Assembly: GCA_964401875.1 (NCBI GenBank)
Contig: CAYOAB010000001.1
Location: 1-44,712 of the forward strand
Origin: Candidatus Micrarchaeota archaeon
GTDB lineage: Archaea; Micrarchaeota; Micrarchaeia; CAILAH01
Direction of reading: 5' to 3'
DNA: 44,712 nucleotides
In this document: positions 25,673-35,624 of the stretch, piece after piece
Position numbering within the stretch: position 1 is the stretch's first letter
How the letters are laid out: each line of letters begins with the position of its first letter
Notes under the pieces: model-generated
The model's input: only the letters and a program-made list of their open reading frames with translations
Told to the model about the DNA's origin: nothing
Databases searched by the model: none
Translations under genes and position numbers: made by a program

Positions 25673-26743
25673 ATGTATTCAAAAGAAAAACATAATCAGT
25701 TAGGAAAACTAATTGTTCTTTTGATAATTGTAATTTTATTATTTTATTTTTCTCCACTTATAAAAATAATTGTTGAAGGCAAATATAGTTTAATCTCAAT
25801 AAGTTATATGATAAGTCCGTCTATTTTCTTAATTATAACATATTTTATGTATGGTAAAGAAATGAATATGAATGAAACTGGGTACGAATTTATTTATGAA
25901 AGACATCCTCCAAGTAAAAGTACTATATCAGAAATTTACTTTTTTGCTAATGGAAGAAAATGTGAAAAAGAGAAACACGGAGAATTAATCATATCAGTAA
26001 TTTTAGATTTTGTTAACAAAAAATATTTAGAAATGAGAGAAGAAGAAAATGAAGTTTATTTGAAATTGAATCCCAATTATGAAAAATTAAAAAAAGATAT
26101 TAATGATAAAATAGTATTAGATTTTTTGAAGAAAAAATATGAGTTTCAAAATTTTTCTATGAAACAATTTAATGAGGATTATAATAATGATATAGATTAT
26201 TATTATGTTTTTAATAGTTATTTTTCAGAACAAGAATATCATATTGATATAGAAAAATATATAGATGATAAAGGACAGAATAAAATATTAGCTTTTATAG
26301 CCGTTTATTTTCTTGGTTTTTTTGGATTTGTAATGCTGTTTAACTCTTCGTTGGAAAAATATGACATTTTATTAATGTTCATAAGTGTATTTATTTGGGG
26401 ATTTGTATTTTCTATAACAGAAATACAAGAACATAATATTTTATTTAATAAATGGACAAAAGAAGGAAGAATTATAAATGCTAAATGGAAAAACTTCAAA
26501 AAATATATAACTGATTATAGTATGTTGAAAGAACATCCTCCACAAAGCGTTAAATTATGGGAAGAGTACTTAATATATGCTGTTGTATTGGGAGTTGCAA
26601 AAAACACCATTAATGTTATGAAACAAACAAAAACAAATAAAAAACTGTATAGTTATTTTGAAGATATGGCAAGATATTCGTTTTCAACGTATAATAAAGA
26701 AAAAACATTTATTTCAAGTGATTATATTAAAAATAAAAATTAG
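25673..26743 (+). CDS. DUF2207-family membrane protein, short paralog (lacks N-terminal ectodomain and Gly-rich tail)
   Basis: Shares KWTKEGRIINAKWKNFKKYITDYSMLKEHPPQSVKLWEEYLIYAVVLGVAKNTINVMK with the protein at 27332-29158, plus the YGKE...YERHPPS block after the TM segment. Confidence 0.7.
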   Translation: MYSKEKHNQLGKLIVLLIIVILLFYFSPLIKIIVEGKYSLISISYMISPSIFLIITYFMYGKEMNMNETGYEFIYERHPPSKSTISEIYFFANGRKCEKEKHGELIISVILDFVNKKYLEMREEENEVYLKLNPNYEKLKKDINDKIVLDFLKKKYEFQNFSMKQFNEDYNNDIDYYYVFNSYFSEQEYHIDIEKYIDDKGQNKILAFIAVYFLGFFGFVMLFNSSLEKYDILLMFISVFIWGFVFSITEIQEHNILFNKWTKEGRIINAKWKNFKKYITDYSMLKEHPPQSVKLWEEYLIYAVVLGVAKNTINVMKQTKTNKKLYSYFEDMARYSFSTYNKEKTFISSDYIKNKN

Positions 26744-27279
26744 TTTTTAATAATTTTTTCTTCATCAACAAAATTAATGTTTGCTTTAGAAAAACCATTA
26801 TACATTTGACTTTTTGAAAAAAGTTCTTGTGGTACATCTAATATTTTTTCAACACCAGTCCAAATACCAAACCATCCAAGAATCATAATTATATTTGCCA
26901 CATAAAGAGGAAATAAATCAGTAAAAAACATTTCAAAAATAAAAGTTAAGGTAATAAAAAAAATGCCCATTATAATATATTTTATTCCTCTTTTTCTTCT
27001 TGAAAATATTCTTCTTTCATATTGAAGGTTTTTAGTATTAAAAAAAGAGTTTAGTCGTTTTACTATTATTTTTTCTTGTATTACATTCCTTTCTATTTTA
27101 GGAATAGAGAATATAATTTGAATTTTTTTAGAGAAATCTAAATTTTTTGATTCAAGTTCTTCTTTTAGATCTAATGAAATAGAACGATTTTTATAAGGTA
27201 AAATATCAAAATCAGAGAAGAGTTCTTCATATTTGTCTATAGCTATTTGTACCTCTTCAACATCATTTTTTAAGGACAT
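26740..27279 (-). CDS. hypothetical membrane protein (2 predicted TM helices)
   Basis: A hydrophilic N-terminal ~95 aa is followed by IIMGIFFITLTFIFEMFF and VANIIMILGWFGIWTG. It is convergent with, and overlaps by 4 nt, the short DUF2207 gene. No family recognised. Confidence 0.5.
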   Translation of the reverse strand: MSLKNDVEEVQIAIDKYEELFSDFDILPYKNRSISLDLKEELESKNLDFSKKIQIIFSIPKIERNVIQEKIIVKRLNSFFNTKNLQYERRIFSRRKRGIKYIIMGIFFITLTFIFEMFFTDLFPLYVANIIMILGWFGIWTGVEKILDVPQELFSKSQMYNGFSKANINFVDEEKIIKN

Positions 27280-27331
27280 AATAGAAAATAGTATGAAAAA
27301 TTTATATACTTAGCAATTGAAATAGAAGTGT

Positions 27332-29158
27332 ATGAAAAAAATATTTCTGTTATTACTTATAATACTCAGCTTTAGTTACGCAAAATACTATGAACTTGGG
27401 GAAGTAAATATAATTTATGAAATAAGTAGAAATGGAAATGTTTATGTTACAGAAGAGTTTACTTATCTATTGAAAGATTGTGAGAGTGATCCTTTCAGAG
27501 AAGTCTATTTAGACAAACCTTATAGTTTAATTTTAAAAAACCCTTTTGGATATTGTGTAAATACTAAGTGTAATTTTAGATATGATACATATAATCAATC
27601 GGAAAGTGGAAATAATGAATTAGTTTTAGAACTCCTTCAAGATAAATGTGGGGAAATAAAAACAAAATATACTTATGAAGTTTATCCTATAGTGGTTGCT
27701 AAGGATACAACTCAATTTTATTACATAATATGGGGAGAAGGACATCAAGATGCTAACATTTATGTTAAAATAGTTATGCCTGAATATATATACACTAATG
27801 AAAAGGTTGTTGAAACAATAGAAAAAGAAGTGTTTAATGAAGAAACTAATGAAACGCGTATTATATATGAAGAAATGATTTCTAATGAAACAAATAAAAA
27901 TATAATTTATTACATACATAAAGAAGATAATAATTACATAGTTAATGAATTTGATAAAACATTAGAAATATATTCTACTCAAAAAAATAATGAAATATTT
28001 GAAATTAATTTGTTAATGCCAAAGGAATGGTTTGTTGAAAGTAATAACTTTATATATAGAAAAGATTTATCAAAAAAAGATATAGTAGAGATAGAAGAAA
28101 AAGAATTATTATATAGAGAATATAAAGGGATTCTAGAAATGATATTGTCTCTTTTATTTTTACTTTATTTGATTATTCCTTTTATTATACTTGCTATTAT
28201 GTACTATTTATATGGTAAAGAATACACAGCGAAGGAAATAAATTATAATGCATTATATGAAAGAGAAATACCTAGCGAGCATTCTCCTGCTGAAGTTATA
28301 TTTTTTGTTAAAGGAGATGAAGAGTATAATATGAAGGATCAAGAAAATGCAATAATTTCCACTATTATGTCTTTTGTTAATAAAGGTATAGCAAGCATAG
28401 AAGAAAAAAATAATGATGTGTTTTTAACATTCGATCATATAAAAGTGGAAAAAATGAAATTGCAAAAGTTTGAAGAGAGTTTACTTGAATTTATAAAAAA
28501 GGAATTTGGAAATAAGACTTTTAGTATTAAAGAATTTGAAAAAAGAAGTGCAAATAAATTAGAATATTATCAACTCATTAATAGATTTTTTATGCATGTT
28601 AGTAAAATTAATAAGAAAAGTGAATTTGTAGAAAATCAAGGTAATAAAATTGGGATAATTTCTATAGGGGTTTATATCTTATTAACATTTATAATTATGT
28701 TTTTCCAACCTTTAGCTCTATTTGGATTACTATTTGCATTTGTTACATTAATCATAATCAAAAGTAAAAAAATAATGTTGGCTAAATGGACTGAAAAAGG
28801 AAGGTTACTTAATTTAAAATGGGAAAATTTTAGAAAGTATATAACAGATTATAGTTTAATGAAAGAACATCCTCCTGAAAGTGTTAAATTATGGGATGAA
28901 TATTTAACATATGCAATAGCATTGGGAGTAGCAGACAAAACAATTAATATTATGAAAAAAATGTCTCCAAAAGAGAAAATAAATAAAAATTCAATTTCTC
29001 ATGTATACTTCACAGTTCCATTGGCATTAAATATGACAAATTCATTTAGACCTAGTTATGTATCAAAAAGCTCTGAGGGATATTCTGGAGGAGGATATTC
29101 TGGAGGAATAGGTGGATTTGGTGGAGGAATGGGAGGAGGAGGAAGTGGAGCCAGATAA
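27332..29158 (+). CDS. DUF2207-family membrane protein, full-length (signal peptide, ectodomain, TM segments, Gly-rich C-terminal tail)
   Basis: Signal peptide MKKIFLLLLIILSFSYA. Conserved KWTEKGRLLNLKWENFRKYITDYSLMKEHPPESVKLWDEYLTYAIALGVADKT block. Terminal GYSGGGYSGGIGGFGGGMGGGGSGAR tail, typical of DUF2207. Confidence 0.75.
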   Translation: MKKIFLLLLIILSFSYAKYYELGEVNIIYEISRNGNVYVTEEFTYLLKDCESDPFREVYLDKPYSLILKNPFGYCVNTKCNFRYDTYNQSESGNNELVLELLQDKCGEIKTKYTYEVYPIVVAKDTTQFYYIIWGEGHQDANIYVKIVMPEYIYTNEKVVETIEKEVFNEETNETRIIYEEMISNETNKNIIYYIHKEDNNYIVNEFDKTLEIYSTQKNNEIFEINLLMPKEWFVESNNFIYRKDLSKKDIVEIEEKELLYREYKGILEMILSLLFLLYLIIPFIILAIMYYLYGKEYTAKEINYNALYEREIPSEHSPAEVIFFVKGDEEYNMKDQENAIISTIMSFVNKGIASIEEKNNDVFLTFDHIKVEKMKLQKFEESLLEFIKKEFGNKTFSIKEFEKRSANKLEYYQLINRFFMHVSKINKKSEFVENQGNKIGIISIGVYILLTFIIMFFQPLALFGLLFAFVTLIIIKSKKIMLAKWTEKGRLLNLKWENFRKYITDYSLMKEHPPESVKLWDEYLTYAIALGVADKTINIMKKMSPKEKINKNSISHVYFTVPLALNMTNSFRPSYVSKSSEGYSGGGYSGGIGGFGGGMGGGGSGAR

Positions 29159-29160
29159 AA

Positions 29161-29400
29161 TTAAGGTTTTGGAAATTTTCCATTTATTATATAATCAACT
29201 GAATCTAATATACCATATGCATAATCAGAGCAACCAAAAGAAGTGAAATAATCTTCTTTCTCAAAATAATGAATAGAATCATTGTAATATTGATTTGCTA
29301 GTTCAAACAAATAAATATATTCTTTAGATATTTGAATTTCATTTAGACGTAATTTAAGTTTTTCAATACTTATTTTTGCTCTTTTTTTATGTTCTTGCAT
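29161..29400 (-). CDS. DUF357-family small archaeal protein
   Basis: The pattern YYNDSIHYFEKEDYFTSFGCSDYAYGILDS resembles DUF357. I prefer the ATG at 29400 (MQEHKK...). The ORF-track start at 29484 would overlap the divergent idsA start. Confidence 0.55.
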   Translation of the reverse strand: MQEHKKRAKISIEKLKLRLNEIQISKEYIYLFELANQYYNDSIHYFEKEDYFTSFGCSDYAYGILDSVDYIINGKFPKP

Positions 29401-29442
29401 AAATAGGGTTTTGTTTATAAAAGTTATAAATGTAAAATAAAT

Positions 29443-30447
29443 ATGAATTCTGATAATGATGTTTTTAAAAACAATCTTAAACAAAAAATTTCAGAAGTAG
29501 AACATAATATGAAAGAAATTATGCCAAATGTTGCTCCTGAAAGTGTTTATGCTTTGTGTTGGGATTTTTTAGAAAGGGGAGGTAAAAGAGTTAGACCTTA
29601 TTTAATGCTTACAATGATGGAAGCGTTTAATTCGGAATATAAAAGAGGATTAGAAATAGCTTCGGGCATAGAGATATTTCACAATTTTACGTTGATACAT
29701 GATGATATAGAAGACAGTTCTGAATTGAGAAGAGGTAAACCTTGTATACATATACTTCATGGAATTCCACTCGCTATTAATGCAGGAGATGGTATGTTTG
29801 TTCATGTTTTAAAGGCAATTTCCAATTCAAAATTATCTTGTGATGAAAAAGATAAAGTTGTAAAATATTTAACCCATGGATTTATACAAGTATTAAATGG
29901 ACAGGGTTATGAATTAGGATGGATATATAACAATGAATGGAATTTAACAGAAGAAGATTACTTTAAAATGGCTATAGGAAAAACAGGAGAATTAATTGCC
30001 ACTTCTGCCAAAGTTGGTGCTTTTTTGGGAGGTGCTAATGAGGAAGAAGTTTTAGAAATGGAAAGTTTTGGTTTAGAAATTGGATTAGCTTTTCAAATAC
30101 AAGATGATGTACTTAACCTAATAGGAGAAGAAGAAAAATATAAGAAAGAAATTGGTGGGGATATAAGAGAAGGTAAAAGAACATTAATTGTTATTGATGC
30201 ACTTAAAAAATTAGACGAAAAAAATAAAAATGAACTTGTTAGAATTTTGTCTGCAAAAGAAAATAGTAAAGAAGAAATTGAGTGGGCAATTGAAAAAATG
30301 AAAGAAACAGGTTCTATAAACTATGCTAAAACTTATGCAGAAGAGTTAGTAGATAAAGGGAAAAAAAGATTAAGTTTTGTTAAAAATAACGATAAAAGAA
30401 GGGAACTAGAAATATTAGCAGATATGTTTGTAAAGAGAGATGTTTAG
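29443..30447 (+). CDS. idsA: polyprenyl (geranylgeranyl) diphosphate synthase
   Basis: First Asp-rich motif LIHDDIEDSS and second Asp-rich motif QIQDDVLNL. About 334 aa. Confidence 0.85.
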   Translation: MNSDNDVFKNNLKQKISEVEHNMKEIMPNVAPESVYALCWDFLERGGKRVRPYLMLTMMEAFNSEYKRGLEIASGIEIFHNFTLIHDDIEDSSELRRGKPCIHILHGIPLAINAGDGMFVHVLKAISNSKLSCDEKDKVVKYLTHGFIQVLNGQGYELGWIYNNEWNLTEEDYFKMAIGKTGELIATSAKVGAFLGGANEEEVLEMESFGLEIGLAFQIQDDVLNLIGEEEKYKKEIGGDIREGKRTLIVIDALKKLDEKNKNELVRILSAKENSKEEIEWAIEKMKETGSINYAKTYAEELVDKGKKRLSFVKNNDKRRELEILADMFVKRDV

Positions 30448-31138
30448 TATGTTAATTGAAACAGAGGGAGTTATTGAAAAAATAGTTGAAAGAAGTGAAG
30501 ATGTAAAAACTTTTTACATAAAAACAGATAAGAAAATTGAGTATAAAGCGGGACAGTTTGTTATGCTTAAGGCACAAGTAGGAGATAAAAAAATAGGTCG
30601 GGCCTACTCAGTGGCATCAATAAATAAGGATGAATTTATTGAAATTACATTTAAGGTGTGTGGAGAATTTACAAATTACCTTAACACATTAAATGAAGGA
30701 GATAAAATTATTTGCCAAGGTCCTTTTGGACATTTTACATTAGATAAAAATCAAAATAAAAAATTAATTTTAATTGCTACAGGTACGGGGATAACTCCCA
30801 TTAGAAGTATTTTGAGAGAACTTTACATGAATAAGAGAATGAATGAATTTGAAAAAATCACGTTGATTTATGGTTCAAGATATTTGAAAACTTTAAATTA
30901 TCATGAAGAATTTACAACCATGAAAATAGAATTTGATAATTTTGAATATGTTCCTATTTTAAGCAGGGAAGATAATTGGACTGGAAAGAAAGGGCACGTT
31001 CAATCTGTGGTTAAAGAAAATGTTGATAAAGAAAGTACATATTATATATGTGGATTATCAGTAATGGCCAAAGAAGTAAAGGAGATTTTACTTGAAAATA
31101 ATGTAAATAAAGAAAATATAAATATAGAGGGATTTTAG
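30440..31138 (+). CDS. ferredoxin-NADP reductase-family FAD/NAD(P)-binding oxidoreductase (PyrK-like, without a C-terminal Fe-S motif)
   Basis: FAD motif RAYSVAS and NAD(P) motif LIATGTGITPI. 232 aa. It overlaps idsA by 8 nt. Confidence 0.7.
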   Translation: MFSMLIETEGVIEKIVERSEDVKTFYIKTDKKIEYKAGQFVMLKAQVGDKKIGRAYSVASINKDEFIEITFKVCGEFTNYLNTLNEGDKIICQGPFGHFTLDKNQNKKLILIATGTGITPIRSILRELYMNKRMNEFEKITLIYGSRYLKTLNYHEEFTTMKIEFDNFEYVPILSREDNWTGKKGHVQSVVKENVDKESTYYICGLSVMAKEVKEILLENNVNKENINIEGF

Positions 31139-32082
31139 TGAATTTTATTTTAGAATGTTTGGATGAGAATTATTATTATCTTGTGAAAAAAGATAAAAAA
31201 TTATTTGAAAAAGATAGCAAATATCAAAAAATTGAAATTTTTGAAAATGAAAAATTTGGTCGTGTTTTAAGATTAGATAAAAGTTTTCAAACAAGTGAAA
31301 ATGATGAATATATGTATCACGAACCTATAGTCCATGTGCCTTTAATTACTCATCCTAAACCTGAAAAAATTTTAATAATTGGTGGTGGAGATGGAGGAAG
31401 TTTAAAACAAACACTTAAACATAAGATAGTAAAAAGAGCTGATATGGTTGAAATAGATGAAGAAGTTGTTGAAGTTTCAAAAAAATATTTAAGTAAAATA
31501 AATGAAAAATGCTTTAAAGATAAAAGAGCCAATTTGATAATAGGAGATGGCATAAAATATTTGAAAAATACAAAGGAAAAATATGATGTAATTATATTAG
31601 ATTTAACTGACCCTGGAAGTATTTCTTTGTTTTTGTATACAAATAAATTTTATGATTTAGTTAAATCAAAATTAAATAAAGGAGGAGTTGTTAGTTTACA
31701 TATTGAAACACCTTATATGGTAGATGAAGTACATATAAGAATAATTAAAACTCTTATGAAATCATTTAAAATAGTAAGGCCTTTTTATAATTATGTTACT
31801 ACATATGGGACAGTTATGGGTTTCGCGTGTTGTTCGGATAAATATGATGCTAAAAAAACATGTGAGAAGGAAGTTGAAAGGACAATAAAAGAAAGGAAAA
31901 TTACTAATTTGAAAATGTTAAATGGAGAAACTTTTGTTTCTATGTTGGTGGTTCCAAAATATGTTCAAGAAAATATTAAAAACAAAAAAATAAAAATAAT
32001 AACGGAAAAAACCAAAATTAAAGATTATGATGAATTAGATAAATTAACATCAAAAATTGAAAACCTATTTTCAAAATCATAG
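31138..32082 (+). CDS. speE: spermidine synthase / polyamine aminopropyltransferase
   Basis: IIGGGDGG, VEIDEEVV and ILDLTDP motifs. The GTG start overlaps the upstream TAG stop by 1 nt. Confidence 0.8.
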   Translation: MNFILECLDENYYYLVKKDKKLFEKDSKYQKIEIFENEKFGRVLRLDKSFQTSENDEYMYHEPIVHVPLITHPKPEKILIIGGGDGGSLKQTLKHKIVKRADMVEIDEEVVEVSKKYLSKINEKCFKDKRANLIIGDGIKYLKNTKEKYDVIILDLTDPGSISLFLYTNKFYDLVKSKLNKGGVVSLHIETPYMVDEVHIRIIKTLMKSFKIVRPFYNYVTTYGTVMGFACCSDKYDAKKTCEKEVERTIKERKITNLKMLNGETFVSMLVVPKYVQENIKNKKIKIITEKTKIKDYDELDKLTSKIENLFSKS

Positions 32083-32957
32083 CCAGTTTCAATTAATTTT
32101 GAAGAACTTATCATAAAATATGGTTCACAGTCTGCTTGTTTCCATCTTATTTCATCACTTATTTTATTACCAATGTATGTATTTGTTGAATTTAAAACAT
32201 TGTGACATGCTAAATTTAAGAAATTTTTATCATCAACATATATATTTAACCAATAAGTACCAGGTTCAAATAATTGATTTTTTCCTTGTAATAATAAAAA
32301 TTCCCAATTGTTTCCTATTTTGTATATTGGAACTGTTAACTCAAATAAAGATTCATTACCTGGAACTCCATCATTGTCATTAACAATTTCATAAATAAAT
32401 TTAGAATTTATATTAAGTTGAGCAGTAGTGCGAATAATACTTGCTACTGAACTAATGTAAACAGGAGTATCAAATTTTAATTTTACAGAATGAATTTTTT
32501 CATTAGAAATTATACTATAATTTGTTGTACTACTTAAAAAGTCATATCTCCCATAGGAATATGCATAAAAAGGAATTGTGATTTCATTATTCTCAAGATT
32601 TTTTTCAATGAAATTAGAAAGATCTTTTGAGTAAACATGTAACGTTAAATTGTTTTTACCATTAAAAGGGACATAAAATGTATCATTTAATGTAAGATTT
32701 CCTTTAAATTCTTTGGAATATACCAGTTCCTCACCTATCTTTATACTCACAATATATGAAGCATTTGTAGAAGTGGAAGAGATCTCTGAAATAAATTGAG
32801 AAGAATCTCCTAAAAATAATGAGGACTCATTTAAAAGCTCAAAAGAAATTACTTCTAAATCTCCCTGCTCTGTATTAGGGGTTACCTCTGGAGGTTCGGT
32901 TATACAACCCATTACAACTATTACAGATAATAGTATAAATATTAAAATGTTACGCAT
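32025..32957 (-). CDS. secreted/lipoprotein-like hypothetical protein
   Basis: Signal peptide with a lipobox-like VVMGC; Asn/Ser-rich and predicted beta-rich. Its 3' end overlaps the convergent speE by 58 nt. No family recognised. Confidence 0.55.
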   Translation of the reverse strand: MRNILIFILLSVIVVMGCITEPPEVTPNTEQGDLEVISFELLNESSLFLGDSSQFISEISSTSTNASYIVSIKIGEELVYSKEFKGNLTLNDTFYVPFNGKNNLTLHVYSKDLSNFIEKNLENNEITIPFYAYSYGRYDFLSSTTNYSIISNEKIHSVKLKFDTPVYISSVASIIRTTAQLNINSKFIYEIVNDNDGVPGNESLFELTVPIYKIGNNWEFLLLQGKNQLFEPGTYWLNIYVDDKNFLNLACHNVLNSTNTYIGNKISDEIRWKQADCEPYFMISSSKLIETGYDFENRFSIFDVNLSNSS

Positions 32958-33008
32958 AGGAAGATTTAAACTACAAAAATAAATAAACGTTTTGAACTTA
33001 ATATAAGT

Positions 33009-35624
33009 ATGAATAAAAAGCAGTTAAGGGAAATGTTCAGTAAAGATTACGAAAAACATTACAAATTAGATATATTTACAAAAGAAGGATTTACGAGGCA
33101 GAAATGTGAAAAGTGTGGTGCTTATTTCTGGAGTATAAATAAAGTAAAAACATGTGGTGATGCTAGTTGTGAACCTTATTCTTTCTTTAAAAAGGATTGG
33201 AAAAAGGGTGATTATGTAGGAACGTGGAATAAATTTGCTAATTTTTTCAAAAAGAATGGACATGAAGAGATTGAAAGGTATCCTGTCCTCGCAAGGTGGA
33301 GAGGTGATTTACATTTTACAATTGCATCAATAGTAGATTTTATGAGGTTAGAACAAGGGAAAGTGGTATGGGAATATCCTACAAATCCGTTAATCGTTCC
33401 TCAAATGTGTTTAAGGTTTCCTGATTTGTCTAATGTGGGAGTTACTGGAAGACATCACACTTCATTTATTATGGCGGGGCAACATGCTTTCTTGGACGGA
33501 AATGAACATGCGTACTGGAAAGAGAAATGTATTGAATTAAATTATAAATGTTTAACCGAAGTTATTGGAGTTAAAAAAGAAGAATTGAGATATAAGGAAG
33601 ACGTTTGGGCAATGCCTGATTTGAGTTCTTTCGGTGCTTGCATTGAAACCTTTGCTAATGGTGTTGAACTTGTTAATTCAGTATTTACTGAATATACAAA
33701 ACAAGGAGATGAAATTAAAGAATTGTCAATGAAAGTTATTGATGTTGGATGGGGATTTGAAAGGTTAGTGTGGTATATGTCAGGTGCACCTACAAGTTAT
33801 GATGCAAGTTTAGGTTATGCTGTAGAATATATGATAAAGAAAAGTAAAATTAAGTATGATAAAGAACTTCAATTAAAATATGCCACACTCGCAGGTAAGT
33901 TGGATATTGATGATGTTGATGATATAAGAAAAGCTAAAGAAAAAGTAGGTAAAGAATTAAGTATTTCTTATAATGAAATTGAAGAAAAGTTAGCTCCAAT
34001 TGAAGCAATTTATGCTATAGCAGATCATACTAAAACATTAGTTTTTGCACTTGCAGATGGTGGATTACCAAGTAATGTGGGTGGCGGATATAATTTAAGA
34101 ATAGTTTTGAGAAGAGCACAGATGTTTATAGATAAATATAACTACCCATTTACATTAGAAGAAATAGCTAACATTCATATTGATTATTTGAAAGAGATGT
34201 TCCCTGAACTTGAAATTGCTAAAGAAAGTATGAAAGATTTATTTGCAAATGAAATTGAAAAGTATAATACTACTGTTGAAAAGGCAAGGAGAAGAGTTGA
34301 AGAATTAAGTAAAAAAGGTGAAATAAGTGAGGAAATATTGTTTAAAGAATATGAATCCAATGGAGTTACACCTGAAATCATTATGCAAGTTGCTAAAGAA
34401 AAGAAATTGAAAATAGAAATACCTGAGAATTTTTATACTAAGTTAACTGAGAGACATATTTTCAATGAGAAGAAAGAAGAGAAAGTTAAATATAATGCGG
34501 AAGGATATCCAAAGACGGAAATGTTATATTATGAAGGATACATTGAATGTGAATCAAAAGTATTAAATATTGAAAATAATGTAGTTGTGCTTGATAAAAC
34601 TTGTTTTTACCCTGAAGGAGGAGGACAAGCGTACGATGAAGGTACAATTAATGGAAATAAGGTTAAGGAAGTATACAAATATGAAGGAGTTATTTTTCAT
34701 GTTTTAGAAACAGTTAAGGGAATAAAAAAGGGAGAAAAAGTTATTTGTGAAGTTGATGGAAAGAGAAGAATGAGTTTAATGAGGCATCATACTGCTACAC
34801 ATTTAGTTGCTGGAGTATGTAGAAAAATATTGGGTAAACATATTTGGCAAGCTGGAGCAAGTAAAAATGTTGATAAGGCAAGTTTGGATATTACACATTA
34901 TAAGAACATTACACAAAAAGAAATTAATTTAATTGAAATGGAAGCAAACAAAATTGTTTTAGGGGCAATTGATGTTGAAATTAAGGAATATGATCGCGGT
35001 GAAGCGGAAGAGAAATATGGATTTATATTATATCAAGGTGGAGGATCACCAGGAAAGAAAGTTAGGGTGATTAAAGTGGGAAACATTGACGTTGAAGCGT
35101 GCGGTGGATTACATGTTGAAAATACATCTTACATAGGTTCAATAAAAATAATTAAAACAGAAAGAATACAAGATGGTGTTGTTAGGTTAACTTATTGTGC
35201 AGGGGAAGCTGCTGTTAATTATGTACAAGAAATGGAAAAAAAATTGAAAGAATCGTGTGATGTTTTCTCAGTTAATTATAGTGAATTAGGTAAAACATGT
35301 GAAAGGTTCTTTAATGAATGGAAAGAAAGGGGAAAAACAATTGATAAAATGCAAGAGAAATTAGTTGAAATTGAATCTGATAAATATAAAAATGGAATAT
35401 TTGAAGATTTAGAAATGGACAATAAAACTATGGTTAAAATAGCAAACAAAAATATAAGTGAGGGTAATTGGGTTGCACTTATAAATAATGAGGGATTTGT
35501 TGTAATTGGATGTTCTAAAAATAGTGGGAAAAATGCTAGGGAAGAAATGAATAATATTTTCAAAAAGAAAGGTAAAGGAAACGGTGGAGGTAATGAAACT
35601 TTAGCGCAAGGGAAAATTAATTGA
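33009..35624 (+). CDS. alaS: alanyl-tRNA synthetase (archaeal type)
   Basis: Archaeal AlaRS N-terminal Zn-like CEKCG...C motif and WGFERL. Editing domain HTATHL...CGGLHV. C-terminal DHHA1-like region. 871 aa. Confidence 0.9.
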   Translation: MNKKQLREMFSKDYEKHYKLDIFTKEGFTRQKCEKCGAYFWSINKVKTCGDASCEPYSFFKKDWKKGDYVGTWNKFANFFKKNGHEEIERYPVLARWRGDLHFTIASIVDFMRLEQGKVVWEYPTNPLIVPQMCLRFPDLSNVGVTGRHHTSFIMAGQHAFLDGNEHAYWKEKCIELNYKCLTEVIGVKKEELRYKEDVWAMPDLSSFGACIETFANGVELVNSVFTEYTKQGDEIKELSMKVIDVGWGFERLVWYMSGAPTSYDASLGYAVEYMIKKSKIKYDKELQLKYATLAGKLDIDDVDDIRKAKEKVGKELSISYNEIEEKLAPIEAIYAIADHTKTLVFALADGGLPSNVGGGYNLRIVLRRAQMFIDKYNYPFTLEEIANIHIDYLKEMFPELEIAKESMKDLFANEIEKYNTTVEKARRRVEELSKKGEISEEILFKEYESNGVTPEIIMQVAKEKKLKIEIPENFYTKLTERHIFNEKKEEKVKYNAEGYPKTEMLYYEGYIECESKVLNIENNVVVLDKTCFYPEGGGQAYDEGTINGNKVKEVYKYEGVIFHVLETVKGIKKGEKVICEVDGKRRMSLMRHHTATHLVAGVCRKILGKHIWQAGASKNVDKASLDITHYKNITQKEINLIEMEANKIVLGAIDVEIKEYDRGEAEEKYGFILYQGGGSPGKKVRVIKVGNIDVEACGGLHVENTSYIGSIKIIKTERIQDGVVRLTYCAGEAAVNYVQEMEKKLKESCDVFSVNYSELGKTCERFFNEWKERGKTIDKMQEKLVEIESDKYKNGIFEDLEMDNKTMVKIANKNISEGNWVALINNEGFVVIGCSKNSGKNAREEMNNIFKKKGKGNGGGNETLAQGKIN

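Noticed and set aside
26740-27279. LemA identity for the small membrane protein, since LemA often neighbours DUF2207
   Set aside because: It lacks the N-terminal TM plus the Y-N-x-L...R-x-D-L-I-P-N-L pattern of LemA. The TM helices are C-terminal and the gene is on the opposite strand.
29401-29484. 28-codon hydrophobic N-terminal extension of the DUF357-like ORF
   Set aside because: It would overlap the divergent idsA start at 29443. The family is about 80-90 aa, and the internal ATG at 29400 fits.
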